From Clostridia bacterium (GTDB lineage: Bacteria; Bacillota; Clostridia; JBAXOJ01), in assembly GCA_037133315.1 (NCBI GenBank), contig JBAXOJ010000001.1:1-44902 (forward strand): a stretch of DNA of 44,902 bases, given 5' to 3'. Below, in pieces: positions 8,348 through 19,099 of this stretch (within the stretch, counting starts at the first letter, position 1; the number at the start of each line of letters is the position of its first letter). A model generated the notes under the pieces. That model searched no databases, was not told the DNA's origin, and saw only the letters and a list, made by a program, of their open reading frames with translations. The position numbers and the translations under genes were made by a program.

Positions 8348-10048
8348 ATGATTCAAATCAAAGAAGTTGCAGCAGAAATTTTATATCAAGCGGTTCCAGA
8401 AATCTCGAAAAATGAATTCTTAGAAATGCTTGAAACACCACCAAATTCCGAACTGGGGGAGGTCGCACTCGCGTGTTTTAAATTAAGCAAACAGCGTCGC
8501 AAGGCTCCTCCGGGAATAGCGAAAGAGTTTGCAGAAATTCTCAAACCGAACGAGGTGTTTGAAAAGATTGTCGCGGTTGGGGGCTATCTCAATTTTTTCG
8601 TTAACAGAGAAAACTATATGGCATTGATCCTCGCAGAGATTGCTGCGCAAGGGGAAACTTATGGCAGCAAGGATGTTGGCGAAGGCCGTACGATTTGTAT
8701 TGATTATTCAGCGCCGAACATCGCGAAGCCGTTTCATGTCGGACATCTCTATACCACAGTCATTGGGAATGCACTTTATCGCATGCATCAGTTCATGGGC
8801 TACCGGGTTGTCGGAATCAATCATCTTGGCGATTGGGGCACGCAGTTTGGTAAATTGATCACAGCTTACAAGCACTGGGGCAATCGAGAGGAGATCAGCA
8901 CGGGGAAAGTGAATGCGCTGGTTGCGCTCTATGTCAAGTATCATGAAGAGGCGGAGAAGGATCCCGCGTTGGATGATGAGGCGCGTGGATGGTTTGTGAA
9001 GTTGGAGGATGGCGATGGCGAGGCCCTGGAACTGTGGCAATGGTTTGTTGATTTAAGTATTGTAGAATTCAAAAAAGTGTATGCGCGACTGGATATTGAA
9101 TTTGATTCCTATGCGGGTGAAAGTTTTTACAATGACAAAATGACGCCAATTATTGAGGAACTAAAAGAAAAGAAGTTGCTCGTTGAAAGCGAAGGGGCGA
9201 TGATTGTCTCCTTGGATGAGTATGATATGCCACCGTGTCTACTGTTGAAAAAAGATGGAAGTACCCTTTACGCGACGCGCGACATTGCAGCTGGTTTCTA
9301 TCGCAAACAACACTACGGATTTGAAAAATGTCTCTATGTGATGGGCGCTTCGCAAGCACTCCACTTCAAACAATGGACAAAAGTAGTCGAACTGATGGGA
9401 TATGACTGGCAAAAGGATTGCTTACATATTCCGTTTGGAATGGTCAGCATCGCGGGGAAAAAACTCGCGACGCGCACAGGCGTCGTCATTTTGCTTGAAG
9501 ATCTGTTTGATGAGGCGGTTGCAAGGACGTTAGAGATTATTCGCGAAAAAAGTCCACGTATGGAAAACAAAGAAGAGACGGCGAATCAAATTGGAATTGG
9601 TGCCATTGTCTTTGGTTATTTGAGCAGCAATCGCATTAAAGATATTTCGTTTTCTTGGGAGGATGCGCTTAATTTTGACGGGGAGACAGGACCTTACGTC
9701 CAGTATGCTCATGCACGTGCGTGCAGTTTGATTCAATCTGCGGCGCAGCAAGGCGCATTTGCGTGTGATGTGTCCTTACTCGATTCGAACGAAGAATTTC
9801 AACTCGTGAAGTTGCTTTCGCGCTTTCAAGAAACTATTTTTTCAGCGTTAAAAGACTACGAACCGTCATTCATCACACGCTATCTGGTGGATGTTGCGCA
9901 GGCGTTCAATCGATTTTATCATGAACATAAAATTCTGGTTGATGACGTACAACTCATGCAGGCTAGACTTGCATTGGTTGATGCGACGCGCATTGTTTTG
10001 TGTAACGGCCTTCATTTAATCGGAATAAAAGCCCCACAAAGAGTCTAA
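8348..10048 (+). CDS. argS: Arginine--tRNA ligase
   Basis: 566 aa. It has the class I HIGH-type motif PFHVGHL and the typical ArgRS N-terminal and C-terminal (DALR anticodon-binding) layout. Confidence 0.95.
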   Translation: MIQIKEVAAEILYQAVPEISKNEFLEMLETPPNSELGEVALACFKLSKQRRKAPPGIAKEFAEILKPNEVFEKIVAVGGYLNFFVNRENYMALILAEIAAQGETYGSKDVGEGRTICIDYSAPNIAKPFHVGHLYTTVIGNALYRMHQFMGYRVVGINHLGDWGTQFGKLITAYKHWGNREEISTGKVNALVALYVKYHEEAEKDPALDDEARGWFVKLEDGDGEALELWQWFVDLSIVEFKKVYARLDIEFDSYAGESFYNDKMTPIIEELKEKKLLVESEGAMIVSLDEYDMPPCLLLKKDGSTLYATRDIAAGFYRKQHYGFEKCLYVMGASQALHFKQWTKVVELMGYDWQKDCLHIPFGMVSIAGKKLATRTGVVILLEDLFDEAVARTLEIIREKSPRMENKEETANQIGIGAIVFGYLSSNRIKDISFSWEDALNFDGETGPYVQYAHARACSLIQSAAQQGAFACDVSLLDSNEEFQLVKLLSRFQETIFSALKDYEPSFITRYLVDVAQAFNRFYHEHKILVDDVQLMQARLALVDATRIVLCNGLHLIGIKAPQRV

Positions 10049-10055
10049 GTGGGGC
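10024..10055 (-). terminator. Intrinsic terminator of the minus-strand exporter operon, embedded in the 3' end of argS
   Basis: GCCCCAC (10031-10037) pairs with GTGGGGC (10049-10055) around an 11-nt loop that contains the argS stop codon. On the minus strand TTTTATT follows the stem. On the plus strand there is no U-tract. Confidence 0.6.
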
Positions 10056-10082
10056 CTAGGAAAATCAGTATAATTTATTACT

Positions 10083-10286
10083 TTAATTTTGTGCTTTTTC
10101 CGCCAACAAATCTTTTGCGCGGTCTTCTTGCACTTTTAATAAGTCTTTCTTTTTCTTGTTTTTCTCCATTAACGTACCAATTACTGCAGGGATTCCAATG
10201 ACTACTAATGCAGTTACGAGACCCATTCCACAGGCATATGCCCAATTGTAAATGATTTCAATAAAAGTCATGCTACTAGCTTCCAA
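10083..10286 (-). CDS. Small hypothetical membrane protein
   Basis: It has one hydrophobic helix (GMGLVTALVVIGIPAVIGTL) followed by a K/E-rich tail. GAGGTG lies 6 nt upstream of an in-frame TTG at 10286. The start is uncertain (GTG 10295 or ATG 10271 are also possible). I recognise no homology. Confidence 0.4.
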   Translation of the reverse strand: MEASSMTFIEIIYNWAYACGMGLVTALVVIGIPAVIGTLMEKNKKKKDLLKVQEDRAKDLLAEKAQN

Positions 10287-10343
10287 AATCGTCACCTCGT
10301 TAAAAATAATTTATACAAACGTATTATATCTTTTAAATCTACA

Positions 10344-11483
10344 TTAATCAAGGCTTTTTCTAAATCTTGCAATTGTAGAGATGAGTAAAATCGATGTAAA
10401 TCCAAATAGAATCAACGCATCTTTCCAAAGCAACTCCAGGCCAACCCCTTTAAGGACGATGCCACGGATGATATCAAGGAAATAGGTCAGCGGAATGAAA
10501 TATCCAAAAGCTCGAATGATCGGGTGTGCCGCTTCAAGCGGAAACACAAAGCCAGAGAGTAATATGCTCGGGAGAATGATGACAATGGAGACCAGCATGG
10601 CTTCAAACTGCGTCTTCGCCAACGTCGAAATCAACAAACCTATGAGCAAAGAACAAATCACAAACAAGAGTCCTAGTCCGAGAAGTAGAGGAATGCTGCC
10701 AATCGGCCAGACCCCAAACCAAAACATGGATATGGCAAGTGCGAACAAGAATCCGGCATAGCCAATCAAAATATATGGAATAATCTTTCCAATAATCAAC
10801 TCAGCGGGCCGAATCGGGGTCACAATGAGTTGCTCGATCGTGCCGCGTTCTTTTTCACGCACCAAAGCAAAGGCTGTCAAAATGATGGTCAAATTTTGCA
10901 GAATCAGACCGACAAGTCCTGGAATGGTGAATCGTTTGGTTTCTAAGTCAGGGTTGTAAAGCACACGGACACCAACCTTAATCGCCTGCTTAAGCAGTAT
11001 AGGATTGCTGGTTCCGTTCGTGCGCGTTGAGCGAGAATAGTTCTCTGCCACCATGATTGCACTTGTATAGGCAGTACGTGCGGTAGTTGGATCCGTACCA
11101 TCAATCACAATGCCAATGTCAGCCGATTCACCCTCTGCTAGGTTGCGCGAAAAGTTTGCTGGAATGAGGATTCCTGCGCGAACTTCCCCCGATTCAATCA
11201 GTTTGACGAGTGCGGCTTCCGTCGTCACGGTTTCGGAGATATCAAAATAGAGGGAGGAGGTAAATGCCTTTGCGAAATTGCGGCTTTCCGCGGTTTGATT
11301 TAAGTCTACGATCGCCGTTTTTAAATGATCCACTTCCGTATTGACGGCATAGCCAAACAACAGCATAAACAAAATCGGCATCGCAATCGGAATCCGCAGA
11401 CTGATGGGGTCGCGTTTGATTTGAATGAACTCTTTCTTTATGATTGTCAGAAACCGCCTGAAACTAAACATCCTTTGCCTCAT
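10344..11483 (-). CDS. ABC-2 type transporter permease
   Basis: 379 aa with an N-terminal TM helix, a large extracytoplasmic loop and five C-terminal TM helices. The ATGA start/stop overlap with the upstream ATPase gene indicates translational coupling. Confidence 0.85.
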   Translation of the reverse strand: MRQRMFSFRRFLTIIKKEFIQIKRDPISLRIPIAMPILFMLLFGYAVNTEVDHLKTAIVDLNQTAESRNFAKAFTSSLYFDISETVTTEAALVKLIESGEVRAGILIPANFSRNLAEGESADIGIVIDGTDPTTARTAYTSAIMVAENYSRSTRTNGTSNPILLKQAIKVGVRVLYNPDLETKRFTIPGLVGLILQNLTIILTAFALVREKERGTIEQLIVTPIRPAELIIGKIIPYILIGYAGFLFALAISMFWFGVWPIGSIPLLLGLGLLFVICSLLIGLLISTLAKTQFEAMLVSIVIILPSILLSGFVFPLEAAHPIIRAFGYFIPLTYFLDIIRGIVLKGVGLELLWKDALILFGFTSILLISTIARFRKSLD

Positions 11484-12235
11484 TTCTCAACCAAATCGTC
11501 TACCTTGCTACCGGTCAGCACTTCGACGTATTTTATGAATGCATCTTCCAACGACCGCGCTTCATTCTTTGTCGCAAGTTCTTTTGGCGACCCAATATCA
11601 ACTATTTTTCCGTTATATAGGAAGACCACGAGATCGCAAATCTCCGCTTCATCCATGTAATGTGTCGTCACAAGTACCGTCATCCCTTCGGCCGGGAGTT
11701 TTTTGATGATGCCCCAGAATTTCCTGCGCGACACGGGGTCGACGCCTGCCGTCGGTTCGTCTAGGATGAGAAGCTTTGGTCTGTGTATCATGGCGCAGAC
11801 CAGTGCCAAACGCTGTTTGAAGCCACCCGATAGTTTCCCTGTAAGTTGGTGTTCGCGCCCATCCAATCCAGCCATTTTAACGAGTTCTGCAATACGAGCG
11901 ACGCGCGATTTTTTATTTAATCCATAAATGCCTGCGTAAAAGTCTAGGTTCTCAAGTACCGTCAGATCCTCATAAAGACCAAATTTCTGGGACATATAAC
12001 CTAAAAATCCTCTGACTTTTTCCGTCTGCGACGACACATCAAATCCAAATACTTTGGCGCTCCCTGCTGTTGGGTGGAGCACACCGCACAGAATGCGAAT
12101 GGCGGTGGATTTCCCAGAACCATTCGGACCAAGTAATCCGAAAATTGAATTTTCAGGCACGTTGACAGTCAAGTTTTCGACCGCTTTTAGCGTGCCAAAT
12201 GTCTTTGATAAATTGTCGATTTCAATGGCATACAT
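11480..12235 (-). CDS. ABC transporter ATP-binding protein
   Basis: Walker A GPNGSGKST, signature LSGGFKQR and Walker B LLILDEPT are all present. Confidence 0.92.
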   Translation of the reverse strand: MYAIEIDNLSKTFGTLKAVENLTVNVPENSIFGLLGPNGSGKSTAIRILCGVLHPTAGSAKVFGFDVSSQTEKVRGFLGYMSQKFGLYEDLTVLENLDFYAGIYGLNKKSRVARIAELVKMAGLDGREHQLTGKLSGGFKQRLALVCAMIHRPKLLILDEPTAGVDPVSRRKFWGIIKKLPAEGMTVLVTTHYMDEAEICDLVVFLYNGKIVDIGSPKELATKNEARSLEDAFIKYVEVLTGSKVDDLVEK

Positions 12236-12245
12236 CGCAAGTCTC

Positions 12246-12983
12246 CTATTGTTTGACTTCGAAACTCATTCCAGGTTTTAAATCTTTAGAGTGTGTAATC
12301 TGTAACTTGACACGAAACACGATGTTGTCTTTCGAATCGCCCGTCTGTGTATTTTTTGGTGTGAATTCGGCGCTATCTGCAATTTGCACTACGGTTCCGA
12401 CGACATTCGATGGAAGTAGGGTGTAGTGCTTGCCGATGGAAAATGAGTTGAGTTGATTTTGTGGTACAAAAATATAGCCATAAAGATCCGTCAAGTCGGA
12501 AATTTTTGCAATTGCCGTTCCGACAGCGACATCATCTCCAACGGATCCGTAAACTTCAGATACCGAACCTGCTCGATACGCCCGTATTTCTGCATTTGAT
12601 AAAGCAATTTCAGCAAGTTTGACGGCATCTTGCGCCATCGCCTTGTCTTGACGTGCCTGCGTCAGGACTTCATCCGCAACGGTAAAGTCACTGTTTTCTA
12701 ATTCTTCAATTTTTGCCGTCTTGATTTTGACAAGGTGTTTTTGTTGAGACAACAGGAGTTTGAGCGTGTCATCTTCGATGTGAGCCACAAGCTGATTGCG
12801 TTTGACTTTGTTGCCTTCGTCAATCAAGAGCGTTGTAATGCGACCAGCGACTTTGGCCCGAATCAGTTGTGTTTTACATTCGATGGTTCCGCCAAACGAT
12901 TGCGAAGTAGTAGCAGGACTACAGGCAGAAAGGGAAAGAATCAAAAGGAACGACAACATCAGGGCTGCACATCTTTGTTTCAT
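12246..12983 (-). CDS. HlyD-family periplasmic-adaptor-like lipoprotein
   Basis: The lipobox is LSLSAC. The protein has a biotinyl/lipoyl-like hairpin, a coiled coil and a beta-barrel layout. GAGGTG lies 6 nt upstream of the ATG at 12983. It is the first gene of the HlyD-ATPase-permease operon. Confidence 0.75.
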   Translation of the reverse strand: MKQRCAALMLSFLLILSLSACSPATTSQSFGGTIECKTQLIRAKVAGRITTLLIDEGNKVKRNQLVAHIEDDTLKLLLSQQKHLVKIKTAKIEELENSDFTVADEVLTQARQDKAMAQDAVKLAEIALSNAEIRAYRAGSVSEVYGSVGDDVAVGTAIAKISDLTDLYGYIFVPQNQLNSFSIGKHYTLLPSNVVGTVVQIADSAEFTPKNTQTGDSKDNIVFRVKLQITHSKDLKPGMSFEVKQ

Positions 12984-13075
12984 AAGAACCACCTCAAAAA
13001 ATATTTATGACGATATTATACTAAAATATCCGATAATATGCTATGATTTATGCATCAATTATTGAGGTGGGTAAA

Positions 13076-13645
13076 ATGGGAAATGGATATAAACTAGCGC
13101 TTTCAGGGGATTTAGGAAGCGGAAAATCAACCGTCACAAAGCTATTAATCGATAACTTCGGGTTTGAGACTTTCTCTACGGGAACCTATCAGCGCGCCAT
13201 GGCAAAGCGAATGCACATGTCCACATTGGAACTGAACCAGTACGCGGAGACGCATCCTGAGATTGACCAGGAAATAGACGCGAAGCTCACAGAAGAAGGA
13301 CGGAAGCCGGGGAATATTATTTTTGATTCCAGAATGGCGTGGCATTTTGTTGAAAATGCGTTTAAAGTCTATTTGATCTCAGACGTCAATCAAGCCGCAG
13401 CGCGGGTTTATTGCGACAGCAAAAACGGGGTGCGTGGAAACGTAGAACGGTATGCCAGTGTGGAAGAAGCGAAGGAATACATTCTCAATCGTCGTGCAAG
13501 CGAAGTTGTGCGTTATCAAGAAAAATATGGCGTGGATATCACGGACATGTCGAATTACGATTTGGTAATTGATGCGACACACATGACAATCGTCGCGATT
13601 GCCGAAAAAACATATGAGGAAATGGTTCGTTGGTATGGACGATAG
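13076..13645 (+). CDS. Cytidylate-kinase-like P-loop NMP kinase family protein
   Basis: The P-loop is GDLGSGKST and the size and layout are cmk-like. GAGGTGG precedes the ATG at 13076. Confidence 0.7.
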   Translation: MGNGYKLALSGDLGSGKSTVTKLLIDNFGFETFSTGTYQRAMAKRMHMSTLELNQYAETHPEIDQEIDAKLTEEGRKPGNIIFDSRMAWHFVENAFKVYLISDVNQAAARVYCDSKNGVRGNVERYASVEEAKEYILNRRASEVVRYQEKYGVDITDMSNYDLVIDATHMTIVAIAEKTYEEMVRWYGR

Positions 13646-16082
13646 AGCATTAAGAATATTAGAATTTGATAAAATCATCGCACAGCTGGAGGCATTTGCA
13701 AGCTTTTCTTTGGGGAAACAAAAAGCCAAAGAGTTGAGGCCATACGACAACTTCGCGGAAGTCATCGCAGCCATGAAGGAAACGTCGGATGCGGAGAGTT
13801 GCCTCTTGAAACGCGGAAATCCACCCATGGGAGGGGCTGCAGACATCAAGATGTCCTTGCTTCGTCTCGAAAAAGGTGGCGTACTGGGTACGGTAGAGTT
13901 AATCAAGATTGGCGGTGTGTTGCGCGCAGCAAGGAACTTGAAAAAGTACTTTTCGGATGCCGTAAAAGACAATGAAGATGGTACTCGATCAGATGATATC
14001 ATCGCGGGTTATATCTCTTCTCTGAAAGCGAATCGGCCATTGGAAGATGAAATTTCGAATGCGATCATCAGTGAGGAAGAGATTGCGGATGCCGCAAGTT
14101 CCGAGTTGCGATCCATTCGACGCAAAACGCGTGAGGCGCAGGAATCCATCCATAAAAAATTGAATGACATCATTCGTTCACCGAAGTATCAGAAGATTCT
14201 CCAGGATGCGATTGTGACCGTAAAAAGTGGGCGCTACGTCGTGCCAGTCAAGGCAGAGCACAGAAGCTCCATTCCAGGTTTGATTCATGATTCGTCTGCA
14301 ACGGGCGCAACCATTTTCATTGAGCCGATTGCAGTTGTGGAAGCCAACAATAAAATCAAACAACTGAAAATCGAAGAAGAACTTGAAATCGAACGCATTT
14401 TAGCGACGTTGTCGGCGCAATGTGCGGAATTTTTAACAGAATTGACGCAGAATCTGTCTGTATTAGGACAACTTGACTTTGTGTTTGCGAAAGCGAAACT
14501 GAGCATTGAACAACGTGGCGTGTGCCCGAAAATGAATCAAGATGGGTATATCAACCTCATTAAAGCGCGTCATCCATTGATTGAAAAAAACAAAGTGGTG
14601 CCAATTGATTTTTGGATTGGCAAGGAATTCAACTCGGTCATTGTGACAGGACCAAATACGGGCGGCAAGACGGTGACGTTGAAAACAGTCGGACTTCTCA
14701 CGTTGATGGTGCAAGCGGGGCTCAACATCCCTGCGGGGTTTGGGACCGAAATGTCTGTGTTTGCCAACGTCTTCGCGGATATTGGCGATGAACAGAGCAT
14801 TGAGCAGAGTTTAAGTACGTTTTCCTCCCATATGAGTAATCTTGTCCATATCATCGACCAAGCTTCTCCGCGTGCGTTGGTGCTGTTGGATGAGCTGGGA
14901 GCTGGAACCGACCCAACGGAAGGGGCTGCGCTTGCGATGTCGATTCTAGAAAACTTACGCGCATCCGGTGCAACCATTCTCGCGACGACGCATTATAGCG
15001 AGTTGAAGGTCTATGCCTTGGCAACCGCAGGAGTGGAAAATGCATCTTGCGAATTTGATGTGGAGACCTTGCGCCCGACATATCGCCTGCTAATTGGGGT
15101 GCCTGGGAAGAGTAATGCGTTTGCCATTTCGACTCGACTTGGTCTAAAAGATAGTGTCGTGGAGCGCGCGAAAGAGTTTTTGACGACCGACGAGGTTAAA
15201 TTCGAGGATATGATTTTGAATCTTGAAAAAAATCGGACCGAAGCAGAAAAAGAGCGACTTTTAGCGGAACAATATCGTCTGGAAGCGGAGAATTACAAGA
15301 ACCTCATCGAAGGCAAACACGACGATCTCCAAAAACGCAAAGATCTAATTTTGCGCAAAGCAAACGAAGAAGCACAGGAAATACTAGAAAATGCTTTGAA
15401 ACAGGCATCCTCAGTCCTTGAATCCATGCGCGAAATGAACCAACAAATGAAAAACGAAGGATCGTCTTTGATTACTCAAGCAGATGAACTGCGCGTCTCT
15501 TTGAAGAAGAATTTAGATGCGGTAGAAAGTCAACTGACATACAGTGGGCTTGGAAAACGGAAACGCACTGGCGCAAATGGCGACATGGAGGAAGAAGAAG
15601 GCGCGGTCGTGCCGACCGATCTTGTCGCAGGGGAATTTGTGAAAATTTTGAGTCTCAATCAAGATGGAACGGTGATTTCGGCAGCTCGCCACGATGGCAT
15701 GGTACAGATACAGGTTGGCGGGAAGAAAATCAACATTCATCAATCTAACTTACGACGTGTGCGCAGTAAGAAACGGGAACTGCCTGCAGAGCGACGCGGG
15801 GTACATCGGATTGGCGTGGAGAAAACTTCTGACGCAACTTCAGAAATAAAAGTCATCGGCTTACGTGTCGAGGAAGCCACCAATTTGATCGACAAGTTTC
15901 TCGACGATTGTGCCTTGGCGAACCTGACCGAAGTCCGCATTGTCCATGGAAAGGGCAGTGGCGCGTTGCGTGCGGGCGTCCAAAAGTTCCTCAAGCACCA
16001 TCAACACGTGCAGTCCTTTCGGACAGGAACGTTTGGCGAAGGCGACAACGGTGTGACGATTGTGTTGCTGCGCACCTTGTAA
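13635..16082 (+). CDS. mutS2: Endonuclease MutS2 (MutS domain V ATPase plus C-terminal Smr domain)
   Basis: Walker A is GPNTGGKT. The motifs DELGAGTDP and THY are present, with a central coiled coil and a C-terminal Smr domain (IVHGKGSGALR). The start at 13635 overlaps the upstream stop by 11 nt. Confidence 0.92.
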   Translation: MDDRALRILEFDKIIAQLEAFASFSLGKQKAKELRPYDNFAEVIAAMKETSDAESCLLKRGNPPMGGAADIKMSLLRLEKGGVLGTVELIKIGGVLRAARNLKKYFSDAVKDNEDGTRSDDIIAGYISSLKANRPLEDEISNAIISEEEIADAASSELRSIRRKTREAQESIHKKLNDIIRSPKYQKILQDAIVTVKSGRYVVPVKAEHRSSIPGLIHDSSATGATIFIEPIAVVEANNKIKQLKIEEELEIERILATLSAQCAEFLTELTQNLSVLGQLDFVFAKAKLSIEQRGVCPKMNQDGYINLIKARHPLIEKNKVVPIDFWIGKEFNSVIVTGPNTGGKTVTLKTVGLLTLMVQAGLNIPAGFGTEMSVFANVFADIGDEQSIEQSLSTFSSHMSNLVHIIDQASPRALVLLDELGAGTDPTEGAALAMSILENLRASGATILATTHYSELKVYALATAGVENASCEFDVETLRPTYRLLIGVPGKSNAFAISTRLGLKDSVVERAKEFLTTDEVKFEDMILNLEKNRTEAEKERLLAEQYRLEAENYKNLIEGKHDDLQKRKDLILRKANEEAQEILENALKQASSVLESMREMNQQMKNEGSSLITQADELRVSLKKNLDAVESQLTYSGLGKRKRTGANGDMEEEEGAVVPTDLVAGEFVKILSLNQDGTVISAARHDGMVQIQVGGKKINIHQSNLRRVRSKKRELPAERRGVHRIGVEKTSDATSEIKVIGLRVEEATNLIDKFLDDCALANLTEVRIVHGKGSGALRAGVQKFLKHHQHVQSFRTGTFGEGDNGVTIVLLRTL

Positions 16083-16170
16083 ATCCCGTCAATCCGTGTA
16101 TAATAGATACGGGCTGAAACAGTCCATTTGAGTGTGCTTGTGCTCATGAATTTGATTTGGAGGAACTATT

Positions 16171-17997
16171 TTGATTAGAAGTGATTTAAGGAACATTGCG
16201 ATTATTGCGCATGTAGACCACGGCAAGACCACATTAGTAGACGAATTGTTACGACAGAGCGGGACGTTTCGCGAAAACGAACAGCTCACAGAACGAGTCA
16301 TGGATTCCAATGACCTCGAAAAAGAGCGCGGGATTACGATTCTAGCGAAAAACACTGCGATTGAATATAAAGGTGTGAAAATCAATATTGTTGACACGCC
16401 AGGACATGCCGATTTTGGCGGTGAAGTGGAGCGCGTACTGAAGATGGTGGACGCGGTGCTGCTTTTAGTGGATGCCTACGAAGGAACGATGCCGCAAACG
16501 CGATTTGTCTTGAGCAAAGCGTTGCAATTAGGACTGAAAATTATCGTCGTCATAAATAAAATCGACCGTGCGGAATCACAACCGTATGATGTCATTGACA
16601 ATGTGTTGGACTTGTTTATCGAACTGGGTGCAGACGAAGAACAACTTGAGTTCCCGGTCATTTTTGCTTCGGCAAGAGACGGTTATGCAATTACTGAGTT
16701 AGATGATGAAAAAATAAACATGACGCCGCTGTATGAGACGATTTTACACGAATGTCCAGAAGCGGTTGGCGAGCCCGAAGAGCCGCTTCAACTCTTAATC
16801 TCGAGCATCGATTACGATGATTATATTGGAAGAATTGGCGTGGGACGTGTCGAACGCGGCACCGTCATTGTGAACCAACAAGCCGTGATTTGTAACAAAA
16901 TCGAAGAAGGTACTAGGAATGTCAAGGTCAGCCGACTGTATGGATTCAAGGGCTTGAAACGGGTAGAAATCGATCAAGCAACCGTGGGGGATATTGTATG
17001 CGTATCTGGTCTAGGTCAAATCAATATCGGGGATACCGTTTGTTCTCCGCTTGACGTGACGCCGTTGCCATTTGTTGTCATTGACGAGCCGACCATTACG
17101 ATGAATTTCCTCGTTAACAACAGTCCGTTTGCGGGACGCGAAGGCGATTTTGTGACCTCGAGACACCTCAGAGACCGACTTTTCAAGGAACTTGACACCA
17201 ACGTGAGTTTGAAAGTGGAAGAAACCGATTCGCCAGATACCTTTAAAGTTTCGGGACGCGGAGAGTTACATCTTTCCATCCTAATCGAGACCATGAGGCG
17301 TCAAGGATATGAATTCCAGGTTTCGAAACCGGCTGTCATTACGAAAAGAATCGACGGAAAAGAATATGAACCGATTGAGTACTTAATTATTGACGTGCCA
17401 GAAGAATTTATGGGCGTCGTCATGGAAAAGCTCGGGCCTCGTAAGGCGGAACTCGTCAATATGCGTTCGGGAGAGCAAGGCTTCACGCGGCTGGAGTTCA
17501 AGATTCCTGCGCGCGGTTTGATTGGGTATCGTTCTGACTTCATGACCGATACGAAGGGCAATGGCATTCTCAATCATGTATTCCACGGATTTGAGTTAAG
17601 CAGAGGCGAAATTCAGACGAGAAATCATGGGACACTTGTGGCTTGGGAGAATGGAGATTCCGTTCCTTATGGACTCTTTAATGCACAAGAACGCGGCTCT
17701 CTCTTCATCGGCGCGGGAGTCAAAGTGTATGAAGGCATGGTGGTCGGCGAGAATCCGAGGGATGAAGACATTACGATTAATGTTTGCAAAAAGAAACAGA
17801 TTACAAATATGCGCGCATCAGGTTCTGATGAAGCGCTCCGGCTTGTGCCACATATTGTTATGAGTTTGGAACAGTCCATCGAGTTTATTACGGACGACGA
17901 ACTTGTAGAGATTACGCCTAAGTCAATTCGCATTCGGAAAAAAATTCTGAATACCGACTTGAGAGCGAAAGCGGATGCACGTTCCCGCCGAGGATAA
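16171..17997 (+). CDS. typA: Translational GTPase TypA/BipA
   Basis: Motifs [17 protein letters not shown] and NKID are present, in an EF-G-like domain order. The TTG start follows GGAGGA. Confidence 0.95.
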   Translation: MIRSDLRNIAIIAHVDHGKTTLVDELLRQSGTFRENEQLTERVMDSNDLEKERGITILAKNTAIEYKGVKINIVDTPGHADFGGEVERVLKMVDAVLLLVDAYEGTMPQTRFVLSKALQLGLKIIVVINKIDRAESQPYDVIDNVLDLFIELGADEEQLEFPVIFASARDGYAITELDDEKINMTPLYETILHECPEAVGEPEEPLQLLISSIDYDDYIGRIGVGRVERGTVIVNQQAVICNKIEEGTRNVKVSRLYGFKGLKRVEIDQATVGDIVCVSGLGQINIGDTVCSPLDVTPLPFVVIDEPTITMNFLVNNSPFAGREGDFVTSRHLRDRLFKELDTNVSLKVEETDSPDTFKVSGRGELHLSILIETMRRQGYEFQVSKPAVITKRIDGKEYEPIEYLIIDVPEEFMGVVMEKLGPRKAELVNMRSGEQGFTRLEFKIPARGLIGYRSDFMTDTKGNGILNHVFHGFELSRGEIQTRNHGTLVAWENGDSVPYGLFNAQERGSLFIGAGVKVYEGMVVGENPRDEDITINVCKKKQITNMRASGSDEALRLVPHIVMSLEQSIEFITDDELVEITPKSIRIRKKILNTDLRAKADARSRRG

Positions 17998-18009
17998 GGA
18001 GTTTGATGC

Positions 18010-19089
18010 ATGAAGGGTAAGAAGTTGGCAATTCTCATTTCGATCTCTGTCGTCGTCATTGCAATCGTGATTGCAGCTATTTATGCGTTCAATTTCTGGA
18101 ACAACATGGATACCTTCGGCAAGAACACGCCAGGTCCGGGCATCGCAAACATCTCCAATCTAAAGGCTAACAAGGCGACGAAAAAAGGCCTCTACGTCAA
18201 AATCCCTGTCGGCGCAAGCACGGAATCCATTGCAGAGCTGTTAACGCAACTTGGCGTGATTGACAATCCCACTGTGTTTAAGTTTATTTCTAAAATGAAG
18301 GGCTACGATAGTAAGTATCGCGCAGGAACGTTCTACATCGCTTGGAATATGGCCTATTTTGAAATGATGAAAGCCTTTTCTGGGATGCCAGCGGTCGTGA
18401 AAGTGGTCATTCCGGAATACATGAATATTTATCAGACAGCAGCAAAACTTGAAAAGGCTGGTTTGGTCAATGCAAAAGAATTCCTCGATTATTCAAGCAC
18501 GGTGAAATGTAACGACCGATTTGTGAAATACATACCGGAATCCAGAAATCCTCGCTACGAGGGCTATCTTTTTCCAGCGACCTATCAGTTTGAGCGTACC
18601 GTGACGATGAAAGAAATCGTCAATCAGATGTTGCAGGCTTTTGACACACGATTTACCCTTGCAAAATATGCGAAAGCAAAAGCAATCGATATGACACCGG
18701 ATCAAGTCGTGACACTCGCCTCAATCGTGGAACGAGAAGCCGCGAATCCCTCTGAATTTAAGACGATTGCAGGCATCTTTATAAATCGTTTGAAAATTGG
18801 GATGCGGTTACAATCCGATGCGACCATAAATTATTATCTGAGTACATTACCAGATAAATCAGTGGTTTCTGGGGTCAACTTTACCGCTATCGAAACTCCT
18901 TACAACACCTATCTACATGATGGATTGACGCCGGGGCCGATATGTTCTCCTAGCGAACAAGCCATGGATGCCGTACTCAATTATGAAAAAAACGAATATT
19001 ATTATTTTCTGGCAAAGGGTGACGGGACGTCTGCTTTTTCAAAGACGTATCCAGAGCACCAGGCCGCGATTGCGCAATATTTAAGATAA
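18010..19089 (+). CDS. mltG: Endolytic murein transglycosylase MltG (YceG-like)
   Basis: It has an N-terminal TM anchor, a LysM-like fold and a YceG domain (ASIVEREA, YNTY, GLTPGPI). Confidence 0.9.
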   Translation: MKGKKLAILISISVVVIAIVIAAIYAFNFWNNMDTFGKNTPGPGIANISNLKANKATKKGLYVKIPVGASTESIAELLTQLGVIDNPTVFKFISKMKGYDSKYRAGTFYIAWNMAYFEMMKAFSGMPAVVKVVIPEYMNIYQTAAKLEKAGLVNAKEFLDYSSTVKCNDRFVKYIPESRNPRYEGYLFPATYQFERTVTMKEIVNQMLQAFDTRFTLAKYAKAKAIDMTPDQVVTLASIVEREAANPSEFKTIAGIFINRLKIGMRLQSDATINYYLSTLPDKSVVSGVNFTAIETPYNTYLHDGLTPGPICSPSEQAMDAVLNYEKNEYYYFLAKGDGTSAFSKTYPEHQAAIAQYLR

Positions 19090-19099
19090 AGGATCGCTC

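Noticed and set aside
13379-14002. 207-aa minus-strand ORF antisense to the cmk-like/mutS2 junction
   Set aside because: It lies wholly inside well-supported plus-strand genes, has no RBS, and its sequence is Ser/Pro/Arg-rich with no motifs.
16085-16112. Hairpin between mutS2 and typA as an intrinsic terminator
   Set aside because: The stem is only about 6 bp with a wobble pair and a mismatch, and there is no U-tract. The region looks more like a TGTATAAT -10 element for typA.
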